This document shows positions 38,401 to 53,400 of a DNA stretch of 64,000 nucleotides, piece by piece. The translations under genes and the position numbers were made by a program. The stretch lies in assembly GCA_964016885.1 (NCBI GenBank), contig OZ024745.1:13144001-13208000 (forward strand), in the 5' to 3' direction. The notes below the pieces were generated by a model. It ran no database searches and was not told the origin of the DNA. It saw only the letters and a list, made by a program, of their open reading frames with translations. Every line of letters begins with the position of its first letter. Position 1 is the first letter of the stretch. This DNA is from Eledone cirrhosa. Taxonomy: Eukaryota.

Positions 38401-41400
38401 GCTGTAGCAGACCTGTAGAATACTGACCAATGAAACAAGGCTATAGCAGACCTGTAGAATACTGACCAATGAAACCAGGCTGTAGCAGACCTGTAGAATA
38501 CTGACCAATGAAATCCGGCTGTAGCAGAGCTGTAGAATACTGACCAATGAAACCAGGCTGTAGCAGACCTGTAGCATACTGACCAATGAAACCAGGCTGT
38601 AGCAGACCTGTAGAATACTGACCAATGAAACCAGGCTGTAGCAGACCTGTAGAATACTGACCAATGAAACCAGAGTGTAGCAGACCTCTAGAATACTGAC
38701 CAATGTAACCAGGCTGTAGCAGACCTGTAGAATATTGACCAATGAAACCAGGCTGTAGAAGACCTGTAGAATACTGACCAATGAAACCAGACTGTAGCAG
38801 ACCTGTAGAATACTGACAAATGAAACCAGGCTGTAGCAGACCTGTAGAATACTGACCAATGAAACCAGACTGTAGCAGACTTGTAGAATACTGACCAATG
38901 AAACCAGGCTGTAGCAGACCTGTAGAATACTGACCAATGAAACCAGACTGTAGCAGAGCTCTAGAATACTGACCAATGTAACCAGGCTGTAGCAGACCTG
39001 TAGAATACTGACCAATGAAACCAGACTGTAGCAGACCTGTAGAATACTGACCAATGAAACCAGGCTGTAGCAGACCTGTAGAATACTGACCAATGATGCC
39101 AGGCTGTAGAAGACCTGTAGAATACTGACCAAGGAAACCAGACTGTAGCAGACCTGTAGAATACTGACAAATGAAACCAGGCTGTAGCAGACCTGTAGAA
39201 TACTGACCAATGAAACCAGACTGTAGCAGACTTGTAGAATACTGACCAATGAAACCAGGCTGTAGCAGACCTGTAGAATACTGACCAATGAAACCAGACT
39301 GTAGCAGAGCTCTAGAATACTGACCAATGTAACCAGGCTGTAGCAGACCTGTAGAATACTGACCAATGAAATCAGACTGTAGCAGACCTGTAGAATACTG
39401 ACCAATGAAACCAGGCTGTAGCAGACCTGTAGAATACTGACCAATGAAACCAGGCTGTAGCAGACCTGTAGAATACTGACCAATGAAACCAGGCTGTAGC
39501 AGACCTGTAGAATACTGACCAATGAAACCAGGCTGTAGCAGACTTGTAGAATACTGACCAATGAAACCAGGCTGTAGCAGACCTGTAGAATACTGTCCAA
39601 TGAAACCAGGCTGTAGCAGACCTGTAGAATACTGACCAATGAAACCAGGCTGTAGCAGACCTGTAGAATACTGACCAATGAAACCAGGCTGTAGCAGACC
39701 TGTAGAATACTGACCAATGAAACAAGGCTATAGCAGACCTGTAGAATACTGACCAATGAAACCAGGCTGTAGCAGACCTGTAGAATACTGACCAATGAAA
39801 TCCGGCTGTAGCAGAGCTGTAGAATACTGACCAATGAAACCAGGCTGTAGCAGACCTGTAGCATACTGACCAATGAAACCAGGCTGTAGCAGACCTGTAG
39901 AATACTGACCAATGAAACCAGGCTGTAGCAGACCTGTAGAATACTGACCAATGAAACCAGACTGTAGCAGACCTCTAGAATACTGACCAATGTAACCAGG
40001 CTATAGCAGACCTGTAGAATATTGACCAATGAAACCAGACTGTAGCAGACCTGTAGAATACTGACCAATGAAAACAGGCTGTAGCAGACCTGTAGAATAC
40101 TGACCAATGAAACCAGGCTATAGCAGACCTGTAGAATACTGACCAATGAAACCAGGCTGTAGAAGACCTGTAAAATACTGACCAATGAAACCAGACTGTA
40201 GCAGACCTGTAGAATACTGACAAATGAAACCAGGCTGTAGCAGACCTGTAGAATACTGACCAATGAAACCAGACTGTAGCAGACTTGTAGAATACTGACC
40301 AATGAAACCAGGCTGTAGCAGACCTGTAGAATACTGACCAATGAAACCAGACTGTAGCAGAGCTCTAGAATACTGACCAATGTAACCAGGCTGTAGCAGA
40401 CCTGTAGAATACTGACCAATGAAACCAGACTGTAGCAGACCTGTAGAATACTGACCAATGAAACCAGGCTGTATAGCAGACCTGTAGAATACTGACCAAT
40501 GAAACCAGGCTGTAGCAGACCTGTAGAATACTGACCAATGAATCCAGGCTGTAGCAGACCTGTAGAATACTGACCAATGAATCCAGGCTGTAGCAGACCT
40601 GTAGAATACTGGCCAATGAAACCAGGCTGTAGCAGACTTGTAGAATACTGACCAATGAAACCAGGCTGTAGCAGACCTGTAGAATACTGACCAATGAAAC
40701 AAGGCTATAGCAGACCTGTAGAATACTGACCAATGAAACCAGGCTGTAGCAGACCTGTAGAATACTGACCAATGAAATCCGGCTGTAGCAGAGCTGTAGA
40801 ATACTGACCAATGAAACCAGGCTGTAGCAGACCTGTAGCATACTGACCAATGAAACCAGGCTGTAGCAGACCTGTAGAATACTGACCAATGAAACCAGGC
40901 TGTAGCAGACCTGTAGAATACTGACCAATGAAACCAGACTGTAGCAGACCTCTAGAATACTGACCAATGTAACCAGGCTGTAGCAGACCTGTAGAATATT
41001 GACCAATGAAACCAGACTGTAGCAGACCTGTAGAATACTGACCAATGAAACCAGGCTGTAGCAGACCTGTAGAATACTGACCAATGAAACCAGGCTGTAG
41101 CAGACCTGTAGAATACTGACCAATGAAACCAGGCTGTAGCAGACCTGTAGAATACTGACCAATGAAACCAGGCTGTAGAAGACCTGTAAAATACTGACCA
41201 ATGAAACCAGACTGTAGCAGACCTGTAGAATACTGGCAAATGAAACCAGGCTGTAGCAGACCTGTAGAATACTGACCAATGAAACCAGACTGTAGCAGAC
41301 TTGTAGAATACTGACCAATGAAACCAGGCTGTAGCAGACCTGTAGAATACTGACCAATGAAACCAGACTGTAGCAGAGCTCTAGAATACTGACCAATGTA

Positions 41401-44400
41401 ACCAGGCTGTAGCAGACCTGTAGAATACTGACCAATGAAACCAGACTGTAGCAGACCTGTAGAATACTGACCAATGAAACCAGGCTGTAGCAGACCTGTA
41501 GAATACTGACCAATGAAACCAGGCTGTAGCAGACCTGTAGAATACTGACCAATGAATCCAGGCTGTAGCAGACCTGTAGAATACTGACCAATGAAACCAG
41601 GCTGTAGCAGACTTGTAGAATACTGACCAATGAAACCAGGCTGTAGCAGACCTGTAGAATACTGTCCAATGAAACCAGGCTGTAGCAGACCTGTAGAATA
41701 CTGACCAATGAAACCAGGCTGTAGCAGACCTGTAGAATACTGACCAATGAAACCAGGCTGTAGCAGACCTGTAGAATACTGACCAATGAAACCAGGCTGT
41801 AGCAGACCTGTAGAATACTGACCAATGAAACCAGGCTGTAGAAGACCTCTATAATACTGACCAATGTAACCAGGCTGTAGCAGACCTGTAGAATATTGAC
41901 CAATGAAACCAGACTGTAGCAGACCTGTAGAATACTGACCAATGAAACCAGGCTGTAGCAGCCCTGTAGAATACTGACGAATGAAACCAGGCTGTAGAAG
42001 ACCTGTAGAATACTGACCAATGTAACCAGACTGTAGCAGACCTGTAGAATACTGACAAATGAAACCAGGCTGTAGCAGACCTGTAGAATACTGACCAATG
42101 AAACCAGACTGTAGAAGACTTGTAGAATACTGACCAATGAAACCAGGCTGTAGCAGACCTGTAGAATACTGACCAATGAAACCAGACTGTAGCAGAGCTC
42201 TAGAATACTGACCAATGTAACCAGGCTGTAGCAGACCTGTAGAATACTGACCAATGAATCCGGACTGTAGCAGACCTGTAGAATACTGACCAAAGAAACC
42301 AGGCTGTAGCAGACCTGTAGAATACTGACCAATGAAACCAGGCTGTAGCAGACCTGTAGAATACTGACCAATGAAACCAGGCTGTAGCAGACCTGTAGAA
42401 TACTGACCAATGAAACCAGGCTGTAGCAGACTTGTAGAATACTGACCAATGAAACCAGGCTGTAGCAGACCTGTAGAATACTGTCCAATGAAACCAGGCT
42501 GTAGCAGACCTGTAGAATACTGACCAATGAAACCAGGCTGTAGCAGACCTGTAGAATACTGACCAATGAAACCAGGCTGTAGCAGACCTGTAGAATACTG
42601 ACCAATGAAACAAGGCTATAGCAGACCTGTAGAATACTGACCAATGAAACCAGGCTGTAGCAGACCTGTAGAATACTGACCAATGAAATCCGCCTGTAGC
42701 AGAGCTGTAGAATACTGACCAATGAAACCAGGCTGTAGCAGACCTGTAGCATACTGACCAATGAAACCAGGCTGTAGCAGACCTGTAGAATACTGACCAA
42801 TGAAACCAGGCTGTAGCAGACCTGTAGAATACTGACCAATGAAACCAGACTGTAGCAGACCTCTAGAATACTGACCAATGTAACCAGGCTGTAGCAGACC
42901 TGTAGAATATTGACCAATGAAACCAGGCTGTAGAAGACCTGTAGAATACTGACCAATGAAACCAGACTGTAGCAGACCTGTAGAATACTGACAAATGAAA
43001 CCAGGCTGTAGCAGACCTGTAGAATACTGACCAATGAAACCAGACTGTAGCAGACTTGTAGAATACTGACCAATGAAACCAGGCTGTAGCAGACCTGTAG
43101 AATACTGACCAATGAAACCAGACTGTAGCAGAGCTCTAGAATACTGACCAATGTAACCAGGCTGTAGCAGACCTGTAGAATACTGACCAATGAAACCAGA
43201 CTGTAGCAGACCTGTAGAATACTGACCAATGAAACCAGGCTGTAGCAGACCTGTAGAATACTGACCAATGAAACCAGGCTGTAGAAGACCTGTAGAATAC
43301 TGACCAAGGAAACCAGACTGTAGCAGACCTGTAGAATACTGACAAATGAAACCAGGCTGTAGCAGACCTGTAGAATACTGATCAATGAAACCAGACTGTA
43401 GCAGACATGTAGAATACTGACCAATGAAACCAGGCTGTAGCAGACCTGTAGAATACTGACCAATGAAACCAGACTGTAGCAGAGCTCTAGAATACTGACC
43501 AATGTAACCAGGCTGTAGCAGACCTGTAGAATACTGACCAATGAAAGCAGACCTGTAGAATACTGACCAATGAAACCAAGCTGTAGCAGACCTGTAGAAT
43601 ACTGACCAATGAAACCAGGCTGTAGCAGACCTGTAGAATACTGACCAATGAAACCAGGCTGTAGCAGACTTGTAGAATACTGACCAATGAAACCAGGCTG
43701 TAGCAGACCTGTAGAATACTGTCCAATGAAACCAGGCTGTAGCAGACCTGTAGAATACTGACCAATGAAACCAGGCTGTAGCAGACCTGTAGAATACTGA
43801 CCAATGAAACCAGGCTGTAGCAGACCTGTAGAATACTGACCAATGAAACAAGGCTATAGCAGACCTGTAGAATACTGACCAATGAAACCAGGCTGTAGCA
43901 GACCTGTAGAATACTGACCAATGAAATCCGGCTGTAGCAGAGCTGTAGAATACTGACCAATGAAACCAGGCTGTAGCAGACCTGTAGCATACTGACCAAT
44001 GAAACCAGGCTGTAGCAGACCTGTAGAATACTGACCAATGAAACCAGGCTGTAGCAGACCTGTAGAATACTGACCAATGAAACCAGACTGTAGCAGACCT
44101 CTAGAATACTGACCAATGTAACCAGGCTGTAGCAGACCTATAGAATATTGACCAATGAAACCAGACTGTAGCAGACCTGTAGAATACTGACCAATGAAAC
44201 CAGGCTGTAGCAGACCTGTAGAATACTGACCAATGAAACCAGGCTGTAGCAGACCTGTAGAATACTGACCAATGAAACCAGGCTGTAGCAGACCTGTAGA
44301 ATACTGACCAATGAAACCAGGCTGTAGAAGACCTGTAAAATACTGACCAATGAAACCAGACTGTAGCAGACCTGTAGAATACTGACAAATGATACCAGGC

Positions 44401-47400
44401 TGTAGCAGACCTGTAGAATACTGACCAATGAAACCAGACTGTAGCAGAGCTCTAGAATACTGACCAATGTAACCAGGCTGTAGCAGACCTGTAGAATACT
44501 GACCAATGAAACCAGACTGTAGCAGACCTGTAGAATACTGACCAATGAAACCAGGCTGTAGCAGACCTGTAGAATACTGACCAATGAAACCAGGCTGTAG
44601 CAGACCTGTAGAATACTGACCAATGAATCCAGGCTGTAGCAGACCTGTAGAATACTGACCAATGAAACCAGGCTGTAGCAGACTTGTAGAATACTGACCA
44701 ATGAAACCAGGCTGTAGCAGACCTGTAGAATACTGTCCAATGAAACCAGGCTGTAGCAGACCTGTAGAATACTGACCAATGAAACCAGGCTGTAGCAGAC
44801 CTGTAGAATACTGACCAATGAAACCAGGCTGTAGCAGACCTGTAGAATACTGACCAATGAAACCAGGCTGTAGCAGACCTGTAGAATACTGACCAATGAA
44901 ACCAGGCTGTAGAAGACCTCTATAATACTGACCAATGTAACCAGGCTGTAGCAGACCTGTAGAATATTGACCAATGAAACCAGACTGTAGCAGACCTGTA
45001 GAATACTGACCAATGAAACCAGGCTGTAGCAGACCTGTAGAATACTGACCAATGAAACCAGGCTGTAGCAGACCTGTAGAATACTGACCAATGAAACCAG
45101 GCTGTAGCAGACCTGTAGAATACTGACCAATGAAACCAGGCTGTAGAAGACCTGTAGAATACTGACCAATGAAACCAGACTGTAGCAGACCTGTAGAATA
45201 CTGACAAATGAAACCAGGCTGTAGCAGACCTGTAGAATACTGACCAATGAAACCAGACTGTAGCAGACTTGTAGAATACTGACCAATGAAACCAGGCTGT
45301 AGCAGACCTGTAGAATACTGACCAATGAAACCAGACTGTAGCAGAGCTCTAGAATACTGACCAATGTAACCAGGCTGTAGCAGACCTGTAGAATACTGAC
45401 CAATGAAACCAGACTGTAGCAGACCTGTAGAATACTGACCAATGAAACCAGGCTGTAGCAGACCTGTAGAATACTGACCAATGAAACCAGGCTGTAGCAG
45501 ACCTGTAGAATACTGACCAATGAAACCAGGCTGTAGCAGACCTGTAGAATACTGACCAATGAAACCAGGCTGTAGCAGACTTGTAGAATACTGACCAATG
45601 AAACCAGGCTGTAGCAGACCTGTAGAATACTGTCCAATGAAACCAGGCTGTAGCAGACCTGTAGAATACTGACCAATGAAACCAGGCTGTAGCAGAACTG
45701 TAGAATACTGACCAATGAAACCAGGCTGTAGCAGACCTGTAGAATACTGACCAATGAAACAAGGCTATAGCAGACCTGTAGAATACTGACCAATGAAATC
45801 CGGCTGTAGCAGAGCTGTAGAATACTGACCAATGAAACCAGGCTGTAGCAGACCTGTAGCATACTGACCAATGAAACCAGGCTGTAGCAGACCTGTAGAA
45901 TACTGACCAATGAAACCAGGCTGTAGCAGACCTGTAGAATACTGACCAATGAAATCCGGCTGTAGCAGAGCTGTAGAATACTGACCAATGAAACCAGGCT
46001 GTAGCAGACCTGTAGCATACTGACCAATGAAACCAGGCTGTAGCAGACCTGTAGAATACTGACCAATGAAACCAGGCTGTAGCAGACCTGTAGAATACTG
46101 ACCAATGAAACCAGACTGTAGCAGACCTCTAGAATACTGACCAATGTAACCAGGCTGTAGCAGACCTATAGAATATTGACCAATGAAACCAGACTGTAGC
46201 AGACCTGTAGAATACTGACCAATGAAACCAGGCTGTAGCAGACCTGTAGAATACTGACCAATGAAACCAGGCTGTAGCAGACCTGTAGAATACTGACCAA
46301 TGAAACCAGGCTGTAGCAGACCTGTAGAATACTGACCAATGAAACCAGGCTGTAGAAGACCTGTAAAATACTGACCAATGAAACCAGACTGTAGCAGACC
46401 TGTAGAATACTGACAAATGATACCAGGCTGTAGCAGACCTGTAGAATACTGACCAATGAAACCAGACTGTAGCAGAGCTCTAGAATACTGACCAATGTAA
46501 CCAGGCTGTAGCAGACCTGTAGAATACTGACCAATGAAACCAGACTGTAGCAGACCTGTAGAATACTGACCAATGAAACCAGGCTGTAGCAGACCTGTAG
46601 AATACTGACCAATGAAACCAGGCTGTAGCAGACCTGTAGAATACTGACCAATGAATCCAGGCTGTAGCAGACCTGTAGAATACTGACCAATGAAACCAGG
46701 CTGTAGCAGACTTGTAGAATACTGACCAATGAAACCAGGCTGTAGCAGACCTGTAGAATACTGTCCAATGAAACCAGGCTGTAGCAGACCTGTAGAATAC
46801 TGACCAATGAAACCAGGCTGTAGCAGACCTGTAGAATACTGACCAATGAAACCAGGCTGTAGCAGACCTGTAGAATACTGACCAATGAAACCAGGCTGTA
46901 GCAGACCTGTAGAATACTGACCAATGAAACCAGGCTGTAGAAGACCTCTATAATACTGACCAATGTAACCAGGCTGTAGCAGACCTGTAGAATATTGACC
47001 AATGAAACCAGACTGTAGCAGACCTGTAGAATACTGACCAATGAAACCAGGCTGTAGCAGACCTGTAGAATACTGACCAATGAAACCAGGCTGTAGCAGA
47101 CCTGTAGAATACTGACCAATGAAACCAGGCTGTAGCAGACCTGTAGAATACTGACCAATGAAACCAGGCTGTAGAAGACCTGTAGAATACTGACCAATGA
47201 AACCAGACTGTAGCAGACCTGTAGAATACTGACAAATGAAACCAGGCTGTAGCAGACCTCTAGAATACTGACCAATGAAACCAGACTGTAGCAGACTTGT
47301 AGAATACTGACCAATGAAACCAGGCTGTAGCAGACCTGTAGAATACTGACCAATGAAACCAGACTGTAGCAGAGCTCTAGAATACTGACCAATGTAACCA

Positions 47401-50400
47401 GGCTGTAGCAGACCTGTAGAATACTGACCAATGAAACCAGACTGTAGCAGACCTGTAGAATACTGACCAATGAAACCAGGCTGTAGCAGACCTGTAGAAT
47501 ACTGACCAATGAAACCAGGCTGTAGCAGACCTGTAGAATACTGACCAATGAAACCAGGCTGTAGCAGACTTGTAGAATACTGACCAATGAAACCAGGCTG
47601 TAGCAGACCTGTAGAATACTGTCCAATGAAACCAGGCTGTAGCAGAACTGTAGAATACTGACCAATGAAACCAGGCTGTAGCAGAACTGTAGAATACTGA
47701 CCAATGAAACCAGGCTGTAGCAGACCTGTAGAATACTGACCAATGAAACAAGGCTATAGCAGACCTGTAGAATACTGACCAATGAAATCCGGCTGTAGCA
47801 GAGCTGTAGAATACTGACCAATGAAACCAGGCTGTAGCAGACCTGTAGCATACTGACCAATGAAACCAGGCTGTAGCAGACCTGTAGAATACTGACCAAT
47901 GAAACCAGGCTGTAGCAGACCTGTAGAATACTGACCAATGAAACCAGACTGTAGCAGACCTCTAGAATACTGACCAATGTAACCAGGCTGTAGCAGACCT
48001 GTAGCATACTGACCAATGAAACCAGGCTGTAGCAGACCTGTAGAATACTGACCAATGAAACCAGGCTGTAGTAGACCTGTAGAATACTGACCAATGAAAC
48101 CAGACTGTAGCAGACCTCTAGAATACTGACCAATGTAACCAGGCTGTAGCAGACCTGTAGAATATTGACCAATGAAACCAGACTGTAGCAGATCTGTAGA
48201 ATACTGACCAATGAAACCAGGCTCTAGCAGACCTGTAGAATACTGACCAATGAAACCAGACTGTAGCAAACCTGTAGAATAATGACCAATGAAACCAGGC
48301 TGTAGCAGACCTGTAGAATACTGACCAATGCAACCAGGCTGTAGCAGACCTGTAGAATACTGACCAATGAAATCCGGCTGTAGCAGAGCTGTAGAATACT
48401 GACCAATGAAACCAGGCTGTAGCAGACCTGTAGCATACTGACCAATGAAACCAGGCAGTAGCAGACCTGTAGAATACTGACCAATGAAACCAGGCTGTAG
48501 CAGACCTGTAGAATACTGACCAATGAAACCAGACTGTAGCAGACCTCTAGAATACTGACCAATGTAACCAGGCTGTAGCAGACCTGTAGAATATTGACCA
48601 ATGAAACCAGACTGTAGCAGACCTGTAGAATACTGACCAATGAAACCAGGCTGTAGCAGACCTGTAGAATACTGACCAATGAAACCAGGCTGTAGCAGAC
48701 CTGTAGAATACTGACCAATGAAACCAGGCTGTAGCAGACCTGTAGAATACTGACCAATGAAACCAGGCTGTAGAAGACCTGTAAAATACTGACCAATGAA
48801 ACCAGACTGTAGCAGACCTGTAGAATACTGACAAATGAAACCAGGCTGTAGCAGACCTGTAGAATACTGACCAATGAAACCAGACTGTAGCAGACTTGTA
48901 GAATACTGACCAATGAAACCAGGCTGTAGCAGACCTGTAGAATACTGACCAATGAAACCAGACTGTAGCAGAGCTCTAGAATACTGACCAATGTAACCAG
49001 GCTGTAGCAGACCTGTAGAATACTGACCAATGAAACCAGACTGTAGCAGACCTGTAGAATACTGACCAATGAAACCAGGCTGTAGCAGACCTGTAGAATA
49101 CTGACCAATGAAACCACGCTGTAGCAGACCTGTAGAATACTGACCAATGAAACCAGGCTGTAGCAGACCTGTAGAATACTGACCAATGAAACCAGGCTGT
49201 AGCAGACTTGTAGAATACTGACCAATAAAACCAGGCTGTAGCAGACCTGTAGAATACTGACCAATGAAACCAGACTGTAGCAGAGCTCTAGAATACTGAC
49301 CAATGTAACCAGGCTGTAGCAGACCTGTAGAATACTGACCAATGAAACCAGACTGTAGCAGACCTGTAGAATACTGACCAATGAAACCAGGCTGTATAGC
49401 AGACCTGTAGAATACTGACCAATGAAACCAGGCTGTAGCAGACCTGTAGAATACTGACCAATGAATCCAGGCTGTAGCAGACCTGTAGAATACTGACCAA
49501 TGAATCCAGGCTGTAGCAGACCTGTAGAATACTGGCCAATGAAACCAGGCTGTAGCAGACTTGTAGAATACTGACCAATGAAACCAGGCTGTAGCAGACC
49601 TGTAGAATACTGACCAATGAAACAAGGCTATAGCAGACCTGTAGAATACTGACCAATGAAACCAGGCTGTAGCAGACCTGTAGAATACTGACCAATGAAA
49701 TCCGGCTGTAGCAGAGCTGTAGAATACTGACCAATGAAACCAGGCTGTAGCAGACCTGTAGCATACTGACCAATGAAACCAGGCTGTAGCAGACCTGTTG
49801 AATACTGACCAATGAAACCAGGCTGTAGCAGACCTGTAGAATACTGACCAATGAAACCAGACTGTAGCAGACCTCTAGAATACTGACCAATGTAACCAGG
49901 CTGTAGCAGACCTGTAGAATATTGACCAATGAAACCAGACTGTAGCAGACCTGTAGAATACTGACCAATGAAACCAGGCTGTAGCAGACCTGTAGAATAC
50001 TGACCAATGAAACCAGGCTGTAGCAGACCTGTAGAATACTGACCAATGAAACCAGGCTGTAGCAGACCTGTAGAATACTGACCAATGAAACCAGGCTGTA
50101 GAAGACCTGTAAAATACTGACCAATGAAACCAGACTGTAGCAGACATGTAGAATACTGGCAAATGAAACCAGGCTGTAGCAGACCTGTAGAATACTGACC
50201 AATGAAACCAGACTGTAGCAGACTTGTAGAATACTGACCAATGAAACCAGGCTGTAGCAGACCTGTAGAATACTGACCAATGAAACCAGACTGTAGCAGA
50301 GCTCTAGAATACTGACCAATGTAACCAGGCTGTAGCAGACCTGTAGAATACTGACCAATGAAACCAGACTGTAGCAGACCTGTAGAATACTGACCAATGA

Positions 50401-53400
50401 AACCAGGCTGTAGCAGACCTGTAGAATACTGACCAATGAAACCAGGCTGTAGCAGACCTGTAGAATACTGACCAATGAATCCAGGCTGTAGCAGACCTGT
50501 AGAATACTGACCAATGAAACCAGGCTGTAGCAGACTTGTAGAATACTGACCAATGAAACCAGGCTGTAGCAGACCTGTAGAATACTGTCCAATGAAACCA
50601 GGCTGTAGCAGACCTGTAGAATACTGACCAATGAAACCAGGCTGTAGCAGACCTGTAGAATACTGACCAATGAAACCAGGCTGTAGCAGACCTGTAGAAT
50701 ACTGACCAATGAAACCAGGCTGTAGCAGACCTGTAGAATACTGACCAATGAAACCAGGCCGTAGAAGACCTCTATAATACTGACCAATGTAACCAGGCTG
50801 TAGCAGACCTGTAGAATACTGTCCAATGAAACCAGGCTGTAGCAGACCTGTAGAATACTGACCAATGAAACCAGGCTGTAGCAGACCTGTAGAATACTGA
50901 CCAATGAAACCAGGCTGTAGCAGACCTGTAGAATACTGACCAATGAAACAAGGCTATAGCAGACCTGTAGAATACTGACCAATGAAACCAGGCTGTAACA
51001 GACCTGTAGAATACTGACCAATGAAATCCGGCTGTAGCAGAGCTGTAGAATACTGACCAATGAAACCAGGCTGTAGCAGACCTGTAGCATACTGACCAAT
51101 GAAACCAGGCTGTAGCAGACCTGTAGAATACTGACCAATGAAACCAGGCTGTAGCAGACCTGTAGAATACTGACCAATGAAACCAGACTGTAGCAGACCT
51201 CTAGAATACTGACCAATGTAACCAGGCTGTAGCAGACCTGTAGAATATTGACCAATGAAACCAGACTGTAGCAGACCTGTAGAATACTGACCAATGAAAC
51301 CAGGCTGTAGCAGACCTGTAGAATACTGACCAATGAAACCAGGCTGTAGCAGACCTGTAGAATACTGACCAATGAAACCAGGCTGTAGCAGACCTGTAGA
51401 ATACTGACCAATGAAACCAGGCTGTAGAAGACCTGTAAAATACTGACCAATGAAACCAGACTGTAGCAGACCTGTAGAATACTGACAAATGAAACCAGGC
51501 TGTAGCAGACCTGTAGAATACTGACCAATGAAACCAGACTGTAGCAGACCTGTAGAATACTGACCAATGAAACCAGGCTGTAGCAGACCTGTAGAATACT
51601 GACCAATGAAACCAGACTGTAGCAGAGCTCTAGAATACTGACCAATGTAACCAGGCTGTAGCAGACCTGTAGAATACTGACCAATGAAACCAGACTGTAG
51701 CAGACCTGTAGAATACTGACCAATGAAACCAGGCTGTAGCAAACCTGTAGAATACTGACCAATGAAACCAGGCTGTAGCAGACCTGTAGAATACTGACCA
51801 ATGAAACCAGGCTGTAGCAGACCTGTAGAATACTGACCAATGAAACCAGGCTGTAGAAGACCTGTAGAATACTGACCAATGAAACCAGACTGTAGCAGAC
51901 CTGTAGAATACTGACAAATGAAACCAGGCTGTAGCAGACCTGTAGAATACTGACCAATGAAACCAGACTGTAGCAGACTTGTAGAATACTGACCAATGAA
52001 ACCAGGCTGTCGCAGACCTGTAGAATACTGACCAATGAAACCAGACTGTAGCAGAGCTCTAGAATACTGACCAATGTAACCAGGCTGTAGCAGACCTGTA
52101 GAATACTGACCAATGAAACCAGACTGTAGCAGACCTGTAGAATACTGACCAATGAAACCAGGCTGTAGCAGACCTGTAGAATACTGACCAATGAAACCAG
52201 GCTGTAGCAGACCTGTAGAATACTGACCAATGAAACCAGGCTGTAGCAGACCTGTAGAATACTGACCAATGAAACCAGGCTGTAGCAGACTTGTAGAATA
52301 CTGACCAATGAAACCAGGCTGTAGCAGACCTGTAGAATACTGTCCAATGAAACCAGGCTGTAGCAGACCTGTAGAATACTGACCAATGAAACCAGGCTGT
52401 AGCAGACCTGTAGAATACTGACCAATGAAACCAGACTGTAGCAAACCTGTAGAATACTGACCAATGAAACCAGGCTGTAGCAGACCTGTAGAATACTGAC
52501 CAATGAAACCAGGCTGTAGCAGACCTGTAGAATACTGACCAATGAAATCCGGCTGTAGCAGAGCTGTAGAATACTGACCAATGAAACCAGGCTGTAGCAG
52601 ACCTGTAGAATACTGACCAATGAAACCAGGCTGTAGCAGACCTGTAGAATACTGACCAATGAAACCAGACTGTAGCAGACCTCTAGAATACTGACAAATG
52701 TAACCAGGCTGTAGCAGACCTGTAGAATATTGACCAATGAAACCAGACTGTAGCAGACCTGTAGAATACTGACCAATGAAACCAGGCTGTAGCAGACCTG
52801 TCGAATACTGACCAATGAAACCAGGCTATAGCAGACCTGTAGAATACTGACCAATGAAACCAGGCTGTAGCAGACCTGTAGAATACTGACCAATGAAACC
52901 AGGCTGTAGAAGACCTGTAAAATACTGACCAATGAAACCAGACTGTAGCAGACCTGTAGAATACTGACAAATGAAACTAGGCTGTAGCAGACCTGTAGAA
53001 TACTGACCAATGAAACCAGACTGTAGCAGACTTGTAGAATACTGACCAATGAAACCAGGCTGTAGCAGACCTGTAGAATACTGACCAATGAAACCAGACT
53101 GTAGCAGAGCTCTAGAATACTGACCAATGTAACCAGGCTGTAGCAGACCTGTAGAATACTGACCAATGAAACCAGACTGTAGCAGACCTGTAGAATACTG
53201 ACCAATGAAACCAGGCTGTAGCAGACCTGTAGAATACTGACCAATGAAACCAGGCTCTAGCAGACCTATAGAATACTGACCAATGAAACCAGGCTGTAGC
53301 AGACCTGTAGAATACTGACCAATGAAACCAGGCTGTAGCAGACTTGTAGAATACTGACCACTGAAACCAGGCTGTAGCAGACCTGTAGAATACTGTCCAA